This document shows, one piece after another, positions 25,361-32,903 of a stretch of DNA of 56,466 bases. The number at the start of each line of letters is the position of its first letter. Position 1 is the stretch's first letter. The stretch comes from an uncultured Nitrososphaeria archaeon (GTDB taxonomy: Archaea; Thermoproteota; Nitrososphaeria_A; Caldarchaeales; Wolframiiraptoraceae). Location: contig CAZWXN010000002.1 in assembly GCA_964637915.1 (NCBI GenBank), forward strand, positions 1-56,466, read 5' to 3'. Both the position numbers and the translations under genes were made by a program. Below the pieces are notes generated by a model. The model was not told where the DNA came from. It saw only the letters and a program-made list of their open reading frames with translations, and ran no database searches.

Positions 25361-25468
25361 ATGCTTGGGGTCCACTCTATAGATCTTCTGGAGTATCGGT
25401 TTGGGCTTGACACGTCCATAGCTTACATTCTATGGTTTTTGGGAGGTGACAGGTATGGTTTGGGGTAA
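25361..25468 (+). promoter_or_regulatory. second upstream ORF (35 codons) with a consensus SD, overlapping the aroA' start
   Basis: GGAGGTG (25348-25354), 6 nt, then ATG 25361. It encodes MLGVHSIDLLEYRFGLDTSIAYILWFLGGDRYGLG. It reads through the hairpin CCATAG/CTATGG (25416-25421/25430-25435) and T5 (25436-25440), and stops at 25466-25468 in a different frame from aroA'. Confidence 0.25.
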
Positions 25469-26249
25469 GAGGGTTAGGTTGAGTAGGATAATGGAGTCGG
25501 GCAGGATGGTTTGCGTGCCAATGGATCATGGAGTCAGCTCTGGGCCATTGAAGGGCATCGACAGGATAAGGGAGATAATAAGGACGCTGGAGTCTGCTGG
25601 TGTTACCGCCATACTGGTCCATAAGGGGATTATCAAGAGCTTGGATGAGCCCCCGAGGACGGGCTTGATAATGCATGTCTCTGCTAGCACGAGCCTCTCC
25701 ACCTCGCCGAACTGGAAGGTGAGGATCGCATCCGTCGAGGAGGCCATCAGGCTTGGGGCTGACGCCGTCTCAGTCCACATAAATATCGGGAATAGGGATG
25801 AGCAGGATATGCTGAGAAAACTCGGCGCGATCGCTGATGAGTGCGATGCATGGGGAATCCCATTGATAGCAATGATGTATCCGCGTGGTGAGAATATCAA
25901 GGATCCAAATGACCCGCAGGTGATAGCTCATGTTGCGAGGGTTGGCGCGGAGCTCGGCGCTGACATAGTCAAGGTGCCGATGCCATCCTTTAACCCGGAT
26001 GATATTCGAGTGATAACCGAGAGCTGCCCGGTCCCTGTTGTCGCAGCTGGAGGCCCGAAGATGGATGATGACAGGAAGGTTCTAGAGCTCGCGAAAGCCG
26101 TCGTGGATGCTGGTGGAGCCGGGGTTACATTCGGGAGAAACGTCTTCCAGCATGAGAGGCCGAATGCTATCGCCAGAGCGCTTAGGGCCGTCGTGATCGA
26201 GGGCAAGAGCGTCGACGATGCCATGATGATTCTGAGGGAGCGACGATGA
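25455..26249 (+). CDS. aroA': 2-amino-3,7-dideoxy-D-threo-hept-6-ulosonate (ADH) synthase, DhnA-type class I aldolase family
   Basis: Strong resemblance to the MJ0400 family: VPMDHGVSSGPLKGI, VHKG, EEAIRLGADAVSVHINIG, IPLIAMMYPRG, ARVGAELGADIVKV (Schiff-base Lys), VVAAGGPK and GRNVFQH. Start ATG 25455 lies 6 nt after GGAGGTG (GTG 25446 in the track). It is the first gene of the aro operon. Confidence 0.85.
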   Translation: MVWGKRVRLSRIMESGRMVCVPMDHGVSSGPLKGIDRIREIIRTLESAGVTAILVHKGIIKSLDEPPRTGLIMHVSASTSLSTSPNWKVRIASVEEAIRLGADAVSVHINIGNRDEQDMLRKLGAIADECDAWGIPLIAMMYPRGENIKDPNDPQVIAHVARVGAELGADIVKVPMPSFNPDDIRVITESCPVPVVAAGGPKMDDDRKVLELAKAVVDAGGAGVTFGRNVFQHERPNAIARALRAVVIEGKSVDDAMMILRERR

Positions 26250-27280
26250 GGAAGGAGATAATCATCGCGCTATCCAAGCCTGATGAAAGGATCCTCGAGA
26301 GGGCGATTGCGAGAGGCATTAAGGCGGTCTACATTGATCCTGAAAAGATGCCTGAGAGGTTTCGCGGCAAGGTCGAGGTCTATCATGAGTCCGAGTCGGC
26401 CGACTGGAGGATTGTCAGGGACTTGTCAAGCATCTCGGAGAATGTTGTTCCCGAGATGGTACTTAGGAGTCCTGACGATTATGAGAGGATAATCGCGGCG
26501 GCGAGAATGGGTGCCAAGAGCATTATAGTAAGGGCTGAGGATCTGAGGATAATAGCGCTCGAGAACCTGATAACTGACTTGGCGCCGCTGGGGACGAGGA
26601 TTATCGCGGCTGCGTCGCCGCTTGAGGTCGAGACGCTCTCCGGAGTTCTCGAGAAGGGTGTTGATGGCATCATAGTCCCCGTTAACAGTCCGGACGAGGT
26701 TGATCTCGTGGTAGATCAGCTCTCAGCCCCCAGCAGGCTCGAGCTGGGTGAGGCGGAGGTCGTCGAGGTCAGGGATGTTGGGCTGGGTGAGAGGGCATGC
26801 ATAGATACGACGTCAATTCTCAGCGCTGGCGAGGGCATGCTTGTCGGGAGCACGTCAAGCCTGCTAGCCCTCATACATAATGAGAGTCCGGGATCCGCGC
26901 TCACGGCTCCGAGGCCCTTCAGGGTTAATGCTGGTGCGATTCACTCGTATACGCTGGTGCCCGACGGCTCCACCAAGTATCTCTCGGAGCTGAGAGCTGG
27001 CGATAGGGTCCTCATAGTCTCCAAGAGGGGTGCTAGGGTCGTGTCTGTAGGAAGGGTGAAGATCGAGCGGAGGCCGCTACGGCTCATCAGGATCAGGATG
27101 GGAGATGTTGAGGGCTCCGTGATAATCCAGAACGCTGAGACGATAATGCTCCTCGCGCCCGATGAGTCGCTTATACCCACGACCGAGATCAAACCGGGCG
27201 ACAGGATCCTCGCGCATACACCGAGGGCCAAGGCGAGACACTTCGGGAGAGCTGTGGACGAGTTCATAATCGAGAGGTGA
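26246..27280 (+). CDS. aroB': 3-dehydroquinate synthase II (archaeal, MJ1249-type)
   Basis: EKGVDGIIVPV, ACIDTTSIL..GEGMLVGS, RPFRVNAGAIHSY, TKYLSELRAGDRVLIV, GRVKIERRPL, IIQNAETI and ARHFG closely follow the MJ1249 family. ATGA start/stop overlap with aroA'. Confidence 0.85.
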   Translation: MRKEIIIALSKPDERILERAIARGIKAVYIDPEKMPERFRGKVEVYHESESADWRIVRDLSSISENVVPEMVLRSPDDYERIIAAARMGAKSIIVRAEDLRIIALENLITDLAPLGTRIIAAASPLEVETLSGVLEKGVDGIIVPVNSPDEVDLVVDQLSAPSRLELGEAEVVEVRDVGLGERACIDTTSILSAGEGMLVGSTSSLLALIHNESPGSALTAPRPFRVNAGAIHSYTLVPDGSTKYLSELRAGDRVLIVSKRGARVVSVGRVKIERRPLRLIRIRMGDVEGSVIIQNAETIMLLAPDESLIPTTEIKPGDRILAHTPRAKARHFGRAVDEFIIER

Positions 27281-27287
27281 CCAATTA

Positions 27288-27971
27288 TTGAGGCCGCTGA
27301 TATGCGTCAGCATCATGGGTAGGGATGAGGCTGAGCTTGAGAGGAAGATGGAGCGGGCGCTGAGCCTCGGCGGAGACCTTGTTGAGCTCAGGTTAGATTT
27401 TCTCCATGACCTCGATGTCAGCCGCCTGGAAAACATTGTCTCGAGCTTTATGGACAAGGTCATCATAACGCTTAGGCCGAGCTGGGAGGGAGGCCACTAT
27501 CATGGAGGCGAGGAGAAAAGGATCGAACTATTGAAAATGTTATCCGACCTGAAGCCCGCCTACATGGATCTCGAGCTCGCGGCAAGAAACATCGCTGAAA
27601 TCTCCAAGGAGCTTAGGAGAAAGTCGCGTCTCATAATATCTTTTCATGATTTCTCGGGAACGCCCCCTGAGGAGGAGCTGGCATCACGAGCCTTGGAGGC
27701 CCTAAGATATGGTGACATCGCGAAGATCGTGACTCTCTCAAGGGGAATGGATGATAATCTCGGGATTCTGCGGCTTTACCGGCTGGATGGTATACCGGCT
27801 AAGAGGCTGATAGCATTCGCCATGGGCGAGGCTGGAGTGGCGACGAGAATCCTTGCGCCCCTCCTAGGGTCGCCGATAGTCTATTCATGTTTCCCGGGCG
27901 AGGAGGTTGCTCCGGGCCAGTTGAACATAATCCATTTTAAGAGGATCTTGGAGCTGGTGATGCCGCGTTGA
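27288..27971 (+). CDS. aroD: 3-dehydroquinate dehydratase, type I
   Basis: ICVSI.G...E......A...G.DLVELRLDFL, ITLRPSWEGG and ISFHDFSGTP are typical of type I DHQase. Confidence 0.85.
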   Translation: MRPLICVSIMGRDEAELERKMERALSLGGDLVELRLDFLHDLDVSRLENIVSSFMDKVIITLRPSWEGGHYHGGEEKRIELLKMLSDLKPAYMDLELAARNIAEISKELRRKSRLIISFHDFSGTPPEEELASRALEALRYGDIAKIVTLSRGMDDNLGILRLYRLDGIPAKRLIAFAMGEAGVATRILAPLLGSPIVYSCFPGEEVAPGQLNIIHFKRILELVMPR

Positions 27972-28831
27972 TCAATGCCTCGACGAGGCTCTGCTGTCTT
28001 ATAGGGCATCCGGTCGGCCACTCGGTCTCGCCCCAGATGCATAATGCCGCCTTTAGGACTCTTGGGCTAAACTATGTCTACCTCGCGTTCGATGTCTCGC
28101 CGGAGATGCTAGCTGATGCCGTGGCAGGGTTAAGGGCTCTCGGCGCCGCCGGCTTCAACGTCACGATACCCCATAAGGTGGCGGTGATGAGGCTGCTCGA
28201 CGAGCTCGATCGCTCGGCAGAGAGGACGGGCGCGGTAAACACCGTCGTGAATCATCATGGAATCTTAAGGGGCTATAATACTGATCTTCATGGTATTCGG
28301 AGGGCGCTGGAGGGCCGGAGCCTCCCCATCTCGATGCCAGCCCTCGTGATTGGCGCTGGAGGCGCTGCAAGAGCCGCAGTGGCCGCTCTCATAGACCTCG
28401 GCTTCCGGAGAATCCTTATCGCTAATAGGACTATTGAGAGGGGCTTGGCCCTGGCTGCGGTTGCACGCTCCTTTGGAGCCTCGGCGGAGGTCTTGGATCT
28501 CGATGAGGGTAGGCGGAGGGCAGTTGAATGTGGGGTTGTGGTGAATGCGACCCCTGTCGGCATGTATCCGGATACTAGCGCCACGCTAATCGTGGCCGAG
28601 GAGATGCGGAGAGGTATTATAGTCCTCGACCTCGTGTATAATCCTCCTAAGACTAGGCTCCTGGAGGAGGCGGAAATAGCTGGAGCGGTTCCTATCTCCG
28701 GCCTCGATGTCCTAGTTTATCAGGGGGCTGAGGCTTTCAGGCTCTGGACCGGTGTGGATCCGCCGATCGAGGTCATGAGAAGGGCTGCGATCGAGGCACT
28801 GGAGGGGTATCGGGGGGATGAGGGGCGCTAG
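27968..28831 (+). CDS. aroE: shikimate dehydrogenase
   Basis: IGHPVGHSVSPQMHNAAF, GFNVTIPHK, GAVNTV, GYNTDLHG, VIGAGGAARA, NRT and NATPVGM motifs. TTGA start/stop overlap with aroD. Confidence 0.9.
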   Translation: MINASTRLCCLIGHPVGHSVSPQMHNAAFRTLGLNYVYLAFDVSPEMLADAVAGLRALGAAGFNVTIPHKVAVMRLLDELDRSAERTGAVNTVVNHHGILRGYNTDLHGIRRALEGRSLPISMPALVIGAGGAARAAVAALIDLGFRRILIANRTIERGLALAAVARSFGASAEVLDLDEGRRRAVECGVVVNATPVGMYPDTSATLIVAEEMRRGIIVLDLVYNPPKTRLLEEAEIAGAVPISGLDVLVYQGAEAFRLWTGVDPPIEVMRRAAIEALEGYRGDEGR

Positions 28832-29681
28832 GGCAGTGGTTCATGGCGCGGTGAGTATCCTAAATGCCATACCAACATGGATTGGAGGAGCCTTGGGAGT
28901 GGATCTTTGGACCGAGGCGGAGGCCTGGATTAGTGATGATCCTGGGAGGATTGAGGCGGAGATACCGGGTGGGGAGGATCCAAGCCTCGTGATCGAGACC
29001 GCGAGGACTGTCCTCCAGCGGGCCGGGAGAGGCGATCTAGGCCTCCGGGTGAGGACTAGGTCGAATATCCCGATAGGGAGGGGGCTTAAGAGCTCGAGCG
29101 CCGCCTCAGATGCCGTGGCCCTAGCAGTTGCGAGGCTCGTTGGCCTTGAATGCGATGGAGAGGAGGTGGTGAGGCTTGCTGTCGAGGCCTCGATCAAGGC
29201 GGGCGTCACGATCACCGGAGCATATGATGATGCCTACACATGCTATTATGGTGGGATAAATATCACGGATAACAGGTCGAGGAAGGTTCTGTTGAGGAGG
29301 ATGGCGCCGGAGGACTTGGTCGTGGTAATATCCGTGCCCGAGAAGAAGATCTATACTAGGTCTGTGGATGTTGGGAGGCTTAGTGCTTTTAGGGAGGTTT
29401 GTCTTAAGGCGGCGAGGCTCGCGCTCCAGGAAAAATTCTGGGATGCAATGATCTTGAATGGGCTGGCGATCGCCTCGGCCCTAGACCTAGATCCAACGCC
29501 CATCCTCGATGCGCTTAGGGCTGGGGCCATAGCCGCTGGGGTTTCCGGAACCGGGCCCGCAATAGCAGCAATCACCCCGCCCAAGAGGGTTGATGATATT
29601 CGAAAGGCCTTGAGGGATTATGGGGATCTTCTCATATGTGGGGTGAATAATTTCGAGGCGAGCTGGGAGGTGTCTGGATGA
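28818..29681 (+). CDS. aroK: shikimate kinase, archaeal GHMP-kinase type
   Basis: It has the GHMP motif IPIGRGLKSSSAASDAVALA, is ~287 aa long, and sits between aroE and aroA. Archaeal shikimate kinases are known to belong to the GHMP superfamily. Confidence 0.8.
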   Translation: MRGARAVVHGAVSILNAIPTWIGGALGVDLWTEAEAWISDDPGRIEAEIPGGEDPSLVIETARTVLQRAGRGDLGLRVRTRSNIPIGRGLKSSSAASDAVALAVARLVGLECDGEEVVRLAVEASIKAGVTITGAYDDAYTCYYGGINITDNRSRKVLLRRMAPEDLVVVISVPEKKIYTRSVDVGRLSAFREVCLKAARLALQEKFWDAMILNGLAIASALDLDPTPILDALRAGAIAAGVSGTGPAIAAITPPKRVDDIRKALRDYGDLLICGVNNFEASWEVSG

Positions 29682-30973
29682 GCAGGATGATACTCGTGAG
29701 GCCGTCGGTGCTCAGGGGCGTGGCTGAGGCTCCGCCGAGCAAATCCTATACGCATCGGGCTTACGCGGCCGCCCTCCTCTCCGATGGCGTCAGCGGGATC
29801 ATCAGTCCTCTCAAATCCCGAGATACAGATGCGACTAGGAGAGCCTGTATTCACTTGGGCGCGGAGATCGAGGAGGAAGAGAACCATGTCCTAGTTAGGG
29901 GTGGAAAATTTAGGACTCCCGATAATGTTATTGATGTTGAGAATTCTGGAACCACTCTCAGGTTCTTCACGGCAATCTCGGCTCATGCTCCTGACGGCTA
30001 CGTGATCTTGACTGGGGATGACTCGATTAGGAGGAGGCCTATGGAGCCTCTCCTAAAGGCTCTTAGGATGCTTGGTGTCGAGTGCTGGTCGAGCAAGCTG
30101 GATGGGACGGCGCCGATAATAGTTAGGGGCGGTGGGATAGAAGGCGGCGAGGCTAGAATAGAGGGTGGGATCTCATCTCAGTTCATCTCAGCCCTAATCT
30201 ACGCGTCGACTAAGTCTAGGAAAGGTGCGAGGATAATTGTCGAAGGCGAGATGGTCTCGCGACCATACATCGACGCGAGCCTAGCTGTTCTCGCGAGATT
30301 CGGGTTCCGCGTGGAGCGCGAGGGATACTGCTTCTTCGAGGTTGAGGGCGGGCAGCATGGGATGGCATGCGAGTTCATGGTTCCGGGGGACTTTGGCTCA
30401 GCCGCCTTCCTAATGGCAGGGGCATGCCTGACAGGTGGAGACATAGTCGTGAGAAACCTTAGCTTGGATCTTCCGCAGGCCGACGCCGCGATAATAAATT
30501 TCCTGAGGATGCTTGGATGCCGCGTGGAGATAATGGAGAATGCTGTTAGAGTTTATCGCGCTGGGAAAGCATGTGGAGGAGAATTTGATCTAAGGGATTC
30601 GCCGGATCTCCTCCCGATACTCGCCTGCATCGCTGCCAAGTGCTCGGAGGAAGTGGTCTTGAGAGGCGCCGCTCATGCGAGGTTCAAGGAGAGTGATAGG
30701 ATCATGGTCATGGCGCATGAGCTCACCAAGCTCGGCATCGACGCTGAGCCCCTCCCAGATGGCTTGAGAATACGCGGGAGGGATAGTATCGAGGGGGGAT
30801 GTATATTGGATCCCCATGGTGATCATAGGGTATTCATGGCTCTCACGATGCTCGCGGCCTCTACTGAGAGGGGGTGCATCGTGAAGGATCTGGAGGTTGC
30901 TGAGGTCTCATATCCCCAGTTCCTCGAGCATGCGATTGGTCTAGGATTGAATGTAGAGGTGCTTGAGGGATGA
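29678..30973 (+). CDS. aroA: 3-phosphoshikimate 1-carboxyvinyltransferase (EPSP synthase)
   Basis: PPSKSYTHRA, NSGTTLRF, LTGDDSIRRRPM, ISSQFISAL, PGDFGSAAF and KESDRI motifs. ATGA overlap with aroK. Confidence 0.9.
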   Translation: MSRMILVRPSVLRGVAEAPPSKSYTHRAYAAALLSDGVSGIISPLKSRDTDATRRACIHLGAEIEEEENHVLVRGGKFRTPDNVIDVENSGTTLRFFTAISAHAPDGYVILTGDDSIRRRPMEPLLKALRMLGVECWSSKLDGTAPIIVRGGGIEGGEARIEGGISSQFISALIYASTKSRKGARIIVEGEMVSRPYIDASLAVLARFGFRVEREGYCFFEVEGGQHGMACEFMVPGDFGSAAFLMAGACLTGGDIVVRNLSLDLPQADAAIINFLRMLGCRVEIMENAVRVYRAGKACGGEFDLRDSPDLLPILACIAAKCSEEVVLRGAAHARFKESDRIMVMAHELTKLGIDAEPLPDGLRIRGRDSIEGGCILDPHGDHRVFMALTMLAASTERGCIVKDLEVAEVSYPQFLEHAIGLGLNVEVLEG

Positions 30974-32076
30974 GGGGCAATATTATCGGCGAGAGGTTCA
31001 TAGTCCTGAGCTTCGGCGAGAGCCATGGAAGATGTGTTGGAGCTGTTGTTGATGGCTGCCCCGCTGGCCTAGCCCTCCGGGAGGAGGATATTCAACGTGA
31101 GCTGGATTTGAGGAGGCCCTCGAGCCCGCTTATCTCGACCGAGAGGAGGGAGGAGGACGTTGTCGAGATACTTTCAGGAGTCTTCGAGGGGTATACGACT
31201 GGTGCGCCGATATGCATGCTTACCTGGAATAGGGATGTTAGGAGCGAGGACTACGCGGAGATCAGGTATAAGCCTAGGCCGGGCCACGCCGACTATTATG
31301 CCCATGTCAAGTATGGAGGCTTCAATGATTATCGTGGCGGCGGCAGGTTCTCGGGAAGGATAACCGCCGGATTCGTGATGGCTGGAGCCGTCGCGAAGAA
31401 GCTCCTGAGTGATGTCCTAGGCATCAGGATCATCGGATACTCGCTTGAGATTGGTGGGGTGAGGGCTGGCGAGTTCACTTTAGAGGATGCTGAGAGGAAC
31501 AGGTATGAGAATGATGTTAGGGCGCCGACCCCAGAGGCTGCTGAGAGGATGATGGAGAGGATTCTGGAGGCGAGGGAGAGGGGGGATAGCGTCGGCGGGA
31601 TAGTGGAATGCATAGCCGTGAATGTTCCTATAGGGTTGGGTGAGCCGGTATTCGATGCCTTAGACGCTGATCTCGCGAAAGCCATGATGGCGATTCCCGG
31701 GGCGAAGGGGGTTGAGTTTGGCGCTGGATTCGCCGCTGCTAGGATGGCCGGCTCACAGCACAACGATTTATTAACCGTGAGGGGTGGCAGGATAATCTCG
31801 GAGAAGAATGATGCTGGAGGAGTGATCGGGGGCCTCTCGACAGGCATGCCGATAATCGTCAGGGTTGCTTTCAAGCCGACGAGCTCTATACCCTTGGAGC
31901 AGAAGACTGTTGATCTTAGGGATCTCAGCGAGGCGAGGCTGAGGATACGCGGCAGGCATGATCCATGCATCGTCCCAAGGGCGGTGGTGGTCGTCGAGGC
32001 GATGATGGCGATAGTGCTTGCCGATCATGCGATTAGAGCCGGATTCATACCACCAGTCCTCAGGCGTGGGGATTAA
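30970..32076 (+). CDS. aroC: chorismate synthase
   Basis: SFGESHG, GCPAG, RRPS..., RPGHADY, GGGRFSGR, GDSVGG and RHDPC motifs. ATGA overlap with aroA. Confidence 0.9.
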   Translation: MRGNIIGERFIVLSFGESHGRCVGAVVDGCPAGLALREEDIQRELDLRRPSSPLISTERREEDVVEILSGVFEGYTTGAPICMLTWNRDVRSEDYAEIRYKPRPGHADYYAHVKYGGFNDYRGGGRFSGRITAGFVMAGAVAKKLLSDVLGIRIIGYSLEIGGVRAGEFTLEDAERNRYENDVRAPTPEAAERMMERILEARERGDSVGGIVECIAVNVPIGLGEPVFDALDADLAKAMMAIPGAKGVEFGAGFAAARMAGSQHNDLLTVRGGRIISEKNDAGGVIGGLSTGMPIIVRVAFKPTSSIPLEQKTVDLRDLSEARLRIRGRHDPCIVPRAVVVVEAMMAIVLADHAIRAGFIPPVLRRGD

Positions 32077-32903
32077 GCCGCCTTCACCGGCAGGATCTTC
32101 AGCGCCTCCTCAACCCTACGCCAAACATCATCGCCGCCGCGGGCAAGCTCGTCAATCGACCTCTTCAGGTCCTCAACAGCCCTCCCAGCATACCGATTCG
32201 ACTCAGCTATCTCCCTAATCACCCTCAAGTTGCCGCGAAGCATTCTTAGCATCTGCATGGTCTTTCTCAGGGATCTGGTCGCGTAGCCCTCCAGCATCTC
32301 CGGCCCCCTATTATGGAGCGTGAGGGCTAAGGCTAGGTAGGAGAGGTGATGGGCGACTTGGACATAGGCCATTATCTCATCATGCTCTTCCGGGGTTGAG
32401 AGGGCCACCCTCAGCCCAGCATCCTCAAAGATCATCCTAATCACCTCGATGTAGGATGAGCCTCGAATAGGGATGAGTATTACGCGGTTGCCTGCGAGCT
32501 TTCTGGCAGCAGGCCCGAGGAGCGGGTGGATGCTCAGATACTCGACGCCACCTGGTAAAAGCTCCAGCACCTTCTCGATGATGCCGAGCTTGACCGATGA
32601 GATGTCCATGAGGAGGGATCCATCCCGGAGGAGGGGCGAGATCTTTCCCACCATTTCCGGGATATGTTGTGATGGCGTCGTTAATATCACCGCATCATAT
32701 TCCCCGATGGACTCCATCGCCGAGCAGCTTACCCCCATCATCCTCGAGAACCTTCTCGCCTTCTCAGGGCTCCTCGATATTATAGCCACCTCCGATACCC
32801 TGCCCTTAAAGATCCTTGTAAGGATCCTCGCCATCCCGCCAGCCCCAATTATCGCGAGCCTCAGATCAAGTGGCTTCTCCAAGATCTCACCCGAGCTCCT
32901 CAT
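32073..32903 (-). CDS. tyrA: prephenate dehydrogenase
   Basis: Rossmann loop LAIIGAGGMARIL, a prephenate-dehydrogenase-like core (DISSVK, SIHPLLGP), directly downstream of pheA. The start is ambiguous: GTG/ATG 32939 (track), ATG 32903, or TTG 32882 (no overlap with pheA). Confidence 0.75.
   Translation of the reverse strand: MRSSGEILEKPLDLRLAIIGAGGMARILTRIFKGRVSEVAIISRSPEKARRFSRMMGVSCSAMESIGEYDAVILTTPSQHIPEMVGKISPLLRDGSLLMDISSVKLGIIEKVLELLPGGVEYLSIHPLLGPAARKLAGNRVILIPIRGSSYIEVIRMIFEDAGLRVALSTPEEHDEIMAYVQVAHHLSYLALALTLHNRGPEMLEGYATRSLRKTMQMLRMLRGNLRVIREIAESNRYAGRAVEDLKRSIDELARGGDDVWRRVEEALKILPVKAA

Noticed and set aside
25175-25375. 66-codon minus-strand ORF (MDPKHVEHLQNQGIMRGALALRQGKIIEAKIPVAPEAVKAAQASMPSMVHHYSPLERLDIRLADGI) covering the same DNA as the aromatic leader ORF.
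   Set aside because: Not annotated as a gene. Its GTG start abuts a TATA-like element with no room for a leader, and the internal ATG lacks a good SD. It has no recognisable motif, and its GALALRQG segment is simply the reverse reading of the GC hairpin. It cannot be excluded without expression or conservation data, and it remains the main alternative explanation for this region.
31329-31970. Long ORFs antisense to well-supported genes. Examples: 31329..31970 (-) inside aroC, 35151..35786 (+) inside topA, 7041..7571 (-) inside pfk, 23059..23625 (+) inside the surface-protein gene, 51640..52134 (+) inside trpE, 20581..21078 (-) inside the platform gene.
   Set aside because: These are shadow ORFs typical of G+C-rich coding DNA. 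Their translations are low-complexity (Ser/Pro/Arg/Ala-rich), whereas the opposite strand carries unambiguous enzyme motifs.
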